DNA of 64,000 nt from Pedosphaera sp. (GTDB lineage: Bacteria > Verrucomicrobiota > Verrucomicrobiia > Limisphaerales > AAA164-E04), in contig NZFL01000034.1 in assembly GCA_002690655.1 (NCBI GenBank), positions 38,708 to 102,707 on the forward strand, in the 5' to 3' direction. A program made the translations under genes and the position numbers. The notes under the pieces were generated by a model, which was not told where the DNA came from, did no database searches, and saw only the letters and a program-made list of their open reading frames with translations. This document shows positions 37,272 through 45,342 of the stretch, piece after piece (positions within the stretch are counted from its first letter, which is position 1; every line of letters begins with the position of its first letter).

Positions 37272-39633
37272 AAATAAAGTCGTTGGAAATCATCAATACA
37301 TGACAGAGCGTTTCCCAGGCTTCTGCTTCCTCCAGTAGCTCGGAAGTTTTGCTCACCAGCTCAAGGCATGCCGTCATTTCTTTCTCGGAGGGATGTCGGC
37401 TGAAAAGGATACGATATAGTTCATCCAATCTACTTGCATTTGCTTTGCTTGAATGAAGTACGCGACGGTTCGTCTGTTTGGCCATCTCCTTGACGAACGG
37501 ACTATTGAACATCATCAGGGCTTGAGTAGGCACAGTTGTAAGGGAACGTTTACCGATGGGAGCTGTGGCATTGGGGAAATCGAGAAGCGCAAGCAAATCG
37601 TAGATATGAGAACGCACGACCGGAAGGTAAACCGTTCTATGTGGAAAAGATTCATAGGCAATCCTGTTCTTATCCAGATCTTCTGATGATGGATCCTGTG
37701 CTTTGACGTAAATTGGTTTCTTCAGGTGAGCATTGGCGTTCAGCGAGCCTGACACAGCAAGCAATGCATCCCGAAAGGTCTCGGCATCCATGCGTCGCAT
37801 ATTTTTTTTCCAATACAAACGATTGGAGGGATCTTTTTTTTCGGCCGCTTGATTGAGGGACATAGACGATAATTGGTATACGCTAGAGAGGAGTATTCGG
37901 CGATGCAGATGCTTTATTGACCATCCATGTCTGATGAAATCTGTGGTCAGCCAGTCCAGCAACTCAGGGTGGGAGGGAGCTTGTCCGGTGGTTCCAAAAT
38001 TATCGGGAGTGTCGACCAGACCACGGTCGAAATGCCAATGCCAGACACGGTTGACAAAGACTCTTGCGGTTAACGGGTGATGACGTGATGAAATCCATTT
38101 GGCAAGCTCGAGGCGACCACTTGAATCGGCATCGACAATGGGGTGTTTGAATTTTCCTATCTCCAAAGGGAAGCGTCGCTGAATTTCTTCACCCAGCTGA
38201 TGCGGGTTTCCACGGATGTTCAAGCGCACGTTTTGTATAGAGCCATCAGAAACCCCCATAACCTTAGGTTGTTCAGGTTGATTCGACGCCAGCGTTTCGC
38301 GTTCTTTTGTGAACCTTTTAATTTGCTCGATGCTCGCAAGGGCTTCTTTCGGGTTGCTCACAGAAATCAAGCGAATGCGATCAATATGGGACATGAGCGG
38401 TTTGGATTCGATCCGAAGGACGTGCTCCCCTGATTTCAGCTCCAGTATACCTTCGATAATCCATTTTTGATTCTCCGGAAACCAGCCTCCTGTGGTCGCT
38501 GAAACTGCGTTCTCAAAAATAGGGTTACCGTCCAGAAGGATCTTGCCGGGGCGAGCTGTTTTTGCAGCATACCTTAATTCCAATATTGAAATATTCTCGT
38601 CTTTGACCGACAGATCATATTCGACAAAATTGTCCTGAGCCCCAGGGTCGCCGATAATGCCGATTTCTTTGCCATACTGCTCACGATCAACAATGACATT
38701 ACCCCGATCGAAATCCTCAGCCTGCCACTCGCGTGTTTGCCCGATATTGCCATAGTTTGACAACTGGATTTCGGCTTTTGAAATGCGTTGATCCAAGTCC
38801 TTTATTTTCCTTTGCCAGATGCTTTTCTGAAGCACGCCCTTGGGTGTCTTGACTTCACGATCTTCGATATCTGTGCTGTAGAATATGCCGGCCAAAGCAT
38901 AATAATCTTTCTCTGAAATGGGATCGAATTTGTGATCGTGGCATCTTGCGCAGCCGATGCTCAGTCCCATGAAGGCGCGGCCAAGAGTGTCTAATTGTTC
39001 ATCGATAATGTCCGCACGTTTTTTTACCGGATCTTGTTCAGCAAGGATTTTGGTTCCTATTGCCAGGAAACCGGTGCCTGCCAAAGTGTGTTCATCACCC
39101 CAGGATACCAAATCGCCCGCCAGTTGTGCCTGCACGAATTGATCGTAGGCCATGTCCTGATTGAAGGCATCAATGATCCAATTCCGATACCTAAATGCAT
39201 GAGGGTAAGGGTGGTTCTCATCACCCCCGTTTGAATCGCCATACCTCGAGACATCCAGCCAATGGCGGCCCCACTTTTCACCATAATGCGGGGAAGCGAG
39301 CAACGCGTCGATCATACGTAAATAAGCCTGCTCGCTTGTATCCTGTAAAAATGCGGTCAGTGCTTGTTGTGAAGGGGGGATTCCCAAAAGGTCCAGCCAG
39401 ACACGCCGCAGTAGCGTTGCTTTATCAGCACGTGCCGAGGGCGACAACTCAAGGGCTTCCAGCCTTTTCAATATGAAAAGATCTGTCGGTTGTTTTGCCC
39501 AGGATGCATCCTTGACGGCTGGGAGTGATGGAGTTTCGGGTGCTTCGAAAGACCAGTGTTGGTCATCTGCTATTGTCACATGCGAGATGGCGATTGCACA
39601 CCAAACGATGATGTTGGAACACAATAATCTCAT
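37261..39633 (-). CDS. DUF1549 / CBM6-like insert / DUF1553 domain protein
   Basis: LLRRVWLDLLGIPPS, HYGEKWGRHWLDVSRYGDS, IGCARCHDHKFDPIS, VFVNRVWHWHFDRGLV, C-terminus NDFIYVQ. An extra roughly 125-aa module (aa ~301-426) reads EWQAEDFDRGN...LELRYAAKTARPGKILLDGN...TTGGWFPENQKW...LKSGEHVLRIES. Confidence 0.9.
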   Translation of the reverse strand: MRLLCSNIIVWCAIAISHVTIADDQHWSFEAPETPSLPAVKDASWAKQPTDLFILKRLEALELSPSARADKATLLRRVWLDLLGIPPSQQALTAFLQDTSEQAYLRMIDALLASPHYGEKWGRHWLDVSRYGDSNGGDENHPYPHAFRYRNWIIDAFNQDMAYDQFVQAQLAGDLVSWGDEHTLAGTGFLAIGTKILAEQDPVKKRADIIDEQLDTLGRAFMGLSIGCARCHDHKFDPISEKDYYALAGIFYSTDIEDREVKTPKGVLQKSIWQRKIKDLDQRISKAEIQLSNYGNIGQTREWQAEDFDRGNVIVDREQYGKEIGIIGDPGAQDNFVEYDLSVKDENISILELRYAAKTARPGKILLDGNPIFENAVSATTGGWFPENQKWIIEGILELKSGEHVLRIESKPLMSHIDRIRLISVSNPKEALASIEQIKRFTKERETLASNQPEQPKVMGVSDGSIQNVRLNIRGNPHQLGEEIQRRFPLEIGKFKHPIVDADSSGRLELAKWISSRHHPLTARVFVNRVWHWHFDRGLVDTPDNFGTTGQAPSHPELLDWLTTDFIRHGWSIKHLHRRILLSSVYQLSSMSLNQAAEKKDPSNRLYWKKNMRRMDAETFRDALLAVSGSLNANAHLKKPIYVKAQDPSSEDLDKNRIAYESFPHRTVYLPVVRSHIYDLLALLDFPNATAPIGKRSLTTVPTQALMMFNSPFVKEMAKQTNRRVLHSSKANASRLDELYRILFSRHPSEKEMTACLELVSKTSELLEEAEAWETLCHVLMISNDFIYVQ

Positions 39634-39770
39634 ACGCTTCCCTCAACTCTCTAAAGCCGCATCACCCGTTGTGCAAGTAAAAATAGGAATCGCATTCCTT
39701 ACCTATTCTTCTTGAATATGGTCTACGGCAAAATTACTGTTGTGCTATCCCATCTAATTACCATGTTGTT

Positions 39771-41699
39771 ATGAACCACATCAGGACCAAACGTGATATT
39801 TCTTCAAGGAAGACTGCTCGTCAGAGGTGGATACCTTTTGCAATAAGCATATTGCTTCTGAGTTCTTTCTGGTGCTCCCATGCGGCATCTCAGCATCCAG
39901 ATAAAACTCAGGATACTGAAAGTGTTGAGTGGTGGTCGCTTCAACCGATTCGGCAGGTTGAATTACCTCCTTCAACTGAGAAAGCTCGAAATCCGATTGA
40001 TTATTTTGTCCACCAGCGATTGCGCCAACATGGACTTCAGTCTTCCATTGAGGCGGATCGATGGACTCTCATACGTAGATTGTATTTCGACTTATTGGGC
40101 CTTCCTCCCTCGCCCGTTGATATTGATGCCTTTATAATGGACGATTCTCAGAGAGCTTATGAAAACCTCGTGGACCGTCTTTTGGCATCACCCCACTACG
40201 GGGAGCGCTGGGGACGTCACTGGCTTGATGCCGTTCATTTTGGGGAGAGTAACGGATTTGAATACAATCAACCGCGCAATCACGCGTGGCATTATCGTAA
40301 CTGGGTCATTGATGCCTTCAATCAGGACATGGCCTACGACAGGTTTGTCCGCCTGCAGATAGCGGGTGACATTATAGCCCCAGAAAAAGAAGGGATTGTA
40401 GCTACTGGATTTCTCGTCACCGGGCCCCATAACACCACAAAACCCTCAAACGATGTGATGCGTTTAACCATGCGTCAGGACGAGATGGAGGACATGGTGG
40501 CATTAGTTGGGCAAACTTTTCTCGGACTCACGATTAATTGTGCACGTTGTCATGACCATAAATTTGATCCAATTTCGATGAAGGATTATTATGGCATAGC
40601 TTCTGCGCTGGCAGGAGTTGAATTCGGGGACCAAACTATCAACATGCCTGCTTCGGGAGTAGTCGAAGGGAATGCATCCAAGAGTGACGAGGGTGATTCA
40701 CTCAAGGTGTGGGCAGTCACTCCCATCGATCCCGGGAAGACGCATCTGCTCAAGCGGGGTAATGTTGAAAACAAGGGCGAGCTTGTCCCCCCTCGTGGCA
40801 TTGCTGCTTTACGCATGCTGGACAGCGACTTCGGCTTGAATCCTGATTCAGACGGACGTCTTCGAAGGTTCAAGCTGGCTGAATGGATCAGCGGCGTGGA
40901 AAACCCTTTACTTGCTCGTGTTATGGTCAATCGAGTATGGAAGCATCATTTTGGACAGGGAATCGTTCTTACTCCCAACGATTTTGGTTACAGTGGTGGA
41001 CGTCCCAGCCACCCGGATCTGTTGGAATGGTTGTCGGACTACCTTAAAAAACATGATTGGCGTCTCAAACAGTTGCATCGCTTGATTGTTACCTCAGCGA
41101 CTTATCGCCAGAAATCATCCCCGAACGCTCATGCTGCTGCGGTTGATGCAGGGAACCGGTATCTCTGGCGTAAAAGCCCTTCTCGTCTCGAAGGTGAGAT
41201 ACTGCGTGATACACTATTGGTGTTATCAGGAAAGTTGGATCCTAAATTTGGTGGGCGAGGTTATCGCGATATGCGTGAGTATAAGTTCAAGGGGTCGCAC
41301 TTTTATGATGTTATTTCTCAGGACCATCCGGAGCAATTCCGGCGGACAATCTATCGCTTCAGCCCCCGGGGTGCCATGCGCACTCTTCTGGATACCTTTG
41401 ACTGCCCGGACCCATCTGCCATTACCCCTCAGCGAGCTGTCACTACGACCCCCCTGCAGTCTTTGGCGCTGATGAATAACGATTTCGTGGTCAATATGTC
41501 TCAAGCATTTGCCGGGCGCCTTGAAAGCCAAGCTGGGTTGAATGCTCAGCAGCAGGTATCTCTCGCATATCGGCTTGCTTATGGGCGCGGTGCGGAGGAG
41601 CAGGCCATGAAGATATCAGTGCCATTTATTCAAAAACACGGTCTTGCGGCCTGGTGCCGAGTCATCTTCAACAGCAATGAATTGCTTTATGTCAGATAG
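39771..41699 (+). CDS. DUF1549 / DUF1553 domain protein
   Basis: LIRRLYFDLLGLPPSP, HYGERWGRHWLDAVHFGES, INCARCHDHKFDPIS, VMVNRVWKHHFGQGIV, C-terminus NSNELLYVR. Confidence 0.9.
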   Translation: MNHIRTKRDISSRKTARQRWIPFAISILLLSSFWCSHAASQHPDKTQDTESVEWWSLQPIRQVELPPSTEKARNPIDYFVHQRLRQHGLQSSIEADRWTLIRRLYFDLLGLPPSPVDIDAFIMDDSQRAYENLVDRLLASPHYGERWGRHWLDAVHFGESNGFEYNQPRNHAWHYRNWVIDAFNQDMAYDRFVRLQIAGDIIAPEKEGIVATGFLVTGPHNTTKPSNDVMRLTMRQDEMEDMVALVGQTFLGLTINCARCHDHKFDPISMKDYYGIASALAGVEFGDQTINMPASGVVEGNASKSDEGDSLKVWAVTPIDPGKTHLLKRGNVENKGELVPPRGIAALRMLDSDFGLNPDSDGRLRRFKLAEWISGVENPLLARVMVNRVWKHHFGQGIVLTPNDFGYSGGRPSHPDLLEWLSDYLKKHDWRLKQLHRLIVTSATYRQKSSPNAHAAAVDAGNRYLWRKSPSRLEGEILRDTLLVLSGKLDPKFGGRGYRDMREYKFKGSHFYDVISQDHPEQFRRTIYRFSPRGAMRTLLDTFDCPDPSAITPQRAVTTTPLQSLALMNNDFVVNMSQAFAGRLESQAGLNAQQQVSLAYRLAYGRGAEEQAMKISVPFIQKHGLAAWCRVIFNSNELLYVR

Positions 41700-43113
41700 G
41701 AATCAATTGTCTCGCCGTGAATGGTTGAGCTGGGCAACACATGGATTGGCTGGTGCGGCCTTGACGGATCTTTTCGCTGCTGATCGCCCGGTTTCAGCAG
41801 GAGGGGGAGTTGGGCTTCATCACCTTCCTCGTTCCAAACGTGTGATCCACATCTGCCTGATGGGGGGATTGAGTCACCTCGATTCCTTTGATTTCAAACC
41901 AGAGATTGCCAGATTTCACAATCAGTCGCTCCAGTATGATGAACGCCCTGCCACTTTCTTCAATCGCATAGGTTTGATTCGGAAAAACGATTGGGAATTC
42001 CAGCAACGCGGCAGAAGTGGTTTATGGATTTCAAATTTGTTTCCTCATATCGCTGGGATTGCGGATGAGTTGACGGTCATAAGGTCCATGGTTACTGATT
42101 CGGCCAACCACACTCCTGCGACCTTTCAGCAGAATTCTGGATTTCAATTAAACGGTTTTCCGGTCATGGGTTCCTGGATATCCTATGGTCTGGGCATGGA
42201 TACTGAAAATCTGCCGGCTTATGTAGTGCTCCCGGATGCCAGAGGCTATCCCGCTGGCGGCACGATTAATTGGTCAAACGGGTTCCTGCCCTCGCTCCAT
42301 CAGGGAGTGGCTTTTAATACCAAGGGAACGCCGATTCCTGATTTGTTTCCTCCATCGGGAATTTCACCTGAAACGGATGCGGCGTCCCGTCAACTGTTGA
42401 GGCAGCTCAATGACCAGGATATTAATCGTCATGGCCGGGAAGACGCCGTCATGGCCCGCGTGCGGAGTCATGAATTGGCTGCTCGCATGCAGTTGACTAT
42501 TCCAGAAGTCACTGCCATCGACGGTGAATCTGAATCCACCCGGGAGATGTACGGATTGAACCAGGAACCAACAAGAGACTTTGGGAGAAATTGCCTGCTC
42601 TCACGCCGTTTGCTCGAAAGAGGTGTTCGTTTCATTCAACTTATATCGGGTGGTTCCTTTGGCTCACCTCGCATCAACTGGGATGGTCACGAGGATATGA
42701 AGAAAAATCATTCCCGTGAAGCGCAACGAATTGATCAGCCCGTTGCAGCGTTGATCCGGGACCTTCGCCAACGGGGTATGTTGGACGATACTCTGGTTTT
42801 GTTTACCACGGAGTTTGGGAGAACTCCCTATACGCAATCGAATGATGATGAACTGGGGGCGGGAAGGGATCACAATATGTATGGTTTTTCACTCTGGATG
42901 GCCGGAGGTGGCCTGAAACCGGGCCTTGCGTACGGTTCCACAGATGAAATCGGATGGAAGACTGCAGAGAAACCAGTTTATTGGCATGACTTTCATGCGA
43001 CAGTCTTGCATTTACTGGGCCTTGATCATGAAAAGTTGACCTTTTATCATAATGGTATCGAACGTCGTCTCACTAATGTGCACGGTGAGGTCCTGCGCGA
43101 GATCATCGCTTGA
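41689..43113 (+). CDS. DUF1501 protein with Tat-type leader
   Basis: MSDRNQLSRREWLSWATHG..., VIHICLMGGLSHLDSFD, WDGHED, LFTTEFGRTP, GRDHN. The ATG at 41689 (in frame with the track ORF 41644) gives the same 11-nt overlap with the upstream gene as the two other pairs. Confidence 0.9.
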   Translation: MSDRNQLSRREWLSWATHGLAGAALTDLFAADRPVSAGGGVGLHHLPRSKRVIHICLMGGLSHLDSFDFKPEIARFHNQSLQYDERPATFFNRIGLIRKNDWEFQQRGRSGLWISNLFPHIAGIADELTVIRSMVTDSANHTPATFQQNSGFQLNGFPVMGSWISYGLGMDTENLPAYVVLPDARGYPAGGTINWSNGFLPSLHQGVAFNTKGTPIPDLFPPSGISPETDAASRQLLRQLNDQDINRHGREDAVMARVRSHELAARMQLTIPEVTAIDGESESTREMYGLNQEPTRDFGRNCLLSRRLLERGVRFIQLISGGSFGSPRINWDGHEDMKKNHSREAQRIDQPVAALIRDLRQRGMLDDTLVLFTTEFGRTPYTQSNDDELGAGRDHNMYGFSLWMAGGGLKPGLAYGSTDEIGWKTAEKPVYWHDFHATVLHLLGLDHEKLTFYHNGIERRLTNVHGEVLREIIA

Positions 43114-43958
43114 ACCGTTTTCGCGAGTCCTTTTCAAAATTGAGTTCATACATGTTCACGGGACAAGAAAAGCTAAATGGTATGAGCATCGATAATCTGG
43201 CCCTGCGTCAACTGGAAGATTATGATCTGGGCAGACCGGGAACACTTTTTGCAGGAGGGATTGAATTAAGTGTTGATCAGGCTTACGCATTACAATCAGC
43301 TGTTGTCAACTTGAGATGCAAAAGGGGCGAAAAGGTTATTGGTTATAAGGTGGGCTGCACATCCCCTGCGATCCGTTCTCAACTGGGTATCGATCATTGT
43401 ATCATGGGAAGGTTGTTCGATACGGAACAGTGTGCTTCTGGTACACGCGTTTCCGGTAAGGCCTATGCAGGGTTGGCTTGCGAAGGCGAGCTGGCCATTG
43501 AATTATCCCGTCCACCCACTCCAAGGGATTTTCAAACGAAAGGTCTTCCTGATTGTGTCTCGCGTGTCTTTCCCGTCATTGAATTGCATCAATATGTGAT
43601 TCGGTCTCAAAAACCCGATGCAGCTGAGTTAATCGCAAACAATGCCTTGCATGCAGGGGTGGTTGCAGGGCGTGGGATAAAGGCTCTGGATCACGGAATC
43701 CCATCGCTTTCGATATACAAGGACGGCATATTGCTTGAAACATGTTCCAGCATGACATTGACTGCAACCATTGCTTCCTCGTTGCGATGGTTGGTGCATC
43801 ACTTGAATGTCATTGGCATTGAGATGCGAGCTGGGCAAATGATTTTGACAGGTTCAGTTTTGGGATTGTTTCCGATAAAGGAAACTTGTTCCCTTCGCAT
43901 TAAATCTGAACCCTTTGGTGAGGTTGAGGCTTTCATTGAATATGAGGACGTTGTCTGA
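43110..43958 (+). CDS. 2-keto-4-pentenoate hydratase / MhpD-like (FAH-fold hydratase-decarboxylase family)
   Basis: LSVDQAYALQSAVVNLRCKRGEKVIGYKVGCTSPAIRSQLGIDHCIMGRLFD and GELAIEL..., ILTGSV. The start is uncertain (TTG at 43110 overlapping the DUF1501 stop, or ATG at 43152). Confidence 0.7.
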   Translation: MNRFRESFSKLSSYMFTGQEKLNGMSIDNLALRQLEDYDLGRPGTLFAGGIELSVDQAYALQSAVVNLRCKRGEKVIGYKVGCTSPAIRSQLGIDHCIMGRLFDTEQCASGTRVSGKAYAGLACEGELAIELSRPPTPRDFQTKGLPDCVSRVFPVIELHQYVIRSQKPDAAELIANNALHAGVVAGRGIKALDHGIPSLSIYKDGILLETCSSMTLTATIASSLRWLVHHLNVIGIEMRAGQMILTGSVLGLFPIKETCSLRIKSEPFGEVEAFIEYEDVV

Positions 43959-44072
43959 ATTGGGAGCAGGGGATGTTTGTTCACTTCTAGTGCTGCGATT
44001 GTTGAGTTTTGTTGAAAAAGTCCTGAGTTTGATTTATTTTATGAAGATTGGTGACCATATTTTAGTATTACA

Positions 44073-45338
44073 ATGAACTTGAAAGTCGATCGCAGGAAGT
44101 TTTTGAGAGGAGCTGGAATTGGGTTGGCCCTTCCCTTGTTGGAGTCTTTTGAGACATCAGCGATGAATGCCTCTTCCTCGGTTGAGCCTGTCAAGCGGCT
44201 CGTATGCATAGGCACTTACCTTGGCTTTCATCAGGCCGACTTTTTCCCAAAGCGTATTGGCAAATCCTACGAGATGCCTTTTGTTCTGGAGCCACTGACA
44301 CAGTTCAGAAATCAGTTCTCAATCTTTTCCGGTCTGGATCATCGAGGTCGAAATGGGCATGAAGGCTGGAAGGCCTGGATGAGTGGTTCTGCAACAGGTG
44401 CTGTCTCCATGGATCAATTGGTTGCGGGCCACGTTGGGCATCAAACACGATATGCATCCTTGCAACTCACCTGTGGTACGCCTCCTGATGCAGCGCGATT
44501 GAGTTTTACCAGGGAGGGTGTGGCTTTACCAATGATCGGTCGTCCAAGCGTGCTCTATCAAACACTTTTTCGTTCTGATAGCGACAAGTCCAGAATGGAA
44601 TATGTATTGAGAGGCAATGGTAGCGTATTGGATGACTTGAAGGAAGAGGCCAAATCAGTTCACCGACAAATTTCACGGCGTGATCAACAGAAATTGGATG
44701 AATATTTGTCGTCTCTGAGGCAGGTGGAGAAAATTCTTCAAAAACAGGAGACCTGGTTGGATAAGCCATTTCCTGAAACAGATTATGCATTGCCTCCTTT
44801 TGACCCGGTATCTCCTGATCAGTCTTTGGAATGCGAGTCAATAATGTATGATCTCATGGCCTTGGCCTTGAGCACGGATTCGACGCGTGTAATGACTTTT
44901 CTGGTGCCGGGATGGAGTCAGGTTTTTGAAATTGAGGGGCAGCGACTGAGCGCAGGGTATCACGGTCTTTCACATCACGGAAATGAAACAAGGAAAATTG
45001 CCGAATATAATCTTGTAGGCAGGGAGCACGTGCGGCGTTTTGCACGATTCATTGAAACATTGGGGAACTGCAAAGATCACCAAGATCGATCCCTACTCGA
45101 TTCCACAACCCTTGTTTACGGAAGCGGTATGGGGGATTCGAATACACATGATAATAGCAATTTACCGACACTTATCGCCGGGGGTGATTTCTCTCACGGC
45201 AATCACTGGGCCATCGACCGCACCTCGTCCAAGTCAAGGCTTCTAGGCGATTTAATGCTGACTCTGATGCAGAGGATGGGAATGGGAATTGAGGCGTTTG
45301 CTGGCGCGCGCCACAATATGAACGAGTGCTTAGTTTAG
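44073..45338 (+). CDS. DUF1552 domain protein with Tat-type leader
   Basis: MNLKVDRRKFLRGAGIGLALPLLESF..., GLSHHGN..., typical partner of DUF1592-family proteins. Confidence 0.85.
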   Translation: MNLKVDRRKFLRGAGIGLALPLLESFETSAMNASSSVEPVKRLVCIGTYLGFHQADFFPKRIGKSYEMPFVLEPLTQFRNQFSIFSGLDHRGRNGHEGWKAWMSGSATGAVSMDQLVAGHVGHQTRYASLQLTCGTPPDAARLSFTREGVALPMIGRPSVLYQTLFRSDSDKSRMEYVLRGNGSVLDDLKEEAKSVHRQISRRDQQKLDEYLSSLRQVEKILQKQETWLDKPFPETDYALPPFDPVSPDQSLECESIMYDLMALALSTDSTRVMTFLVPGWSQVFEIEGQRLSAGYHGLSHHGNETRKIAEYNLVGREHVRRFARFIETLGNCKDHQDRSLLDSTTLVYGSGMGDSNTHDNSNLPTLIAGGDFSHGNHWAIDRTSSKSRLLGDLMLTLMQRMGMGIEAFAGARHNMNECLV

Positions 45339-45342
45339 GCTT

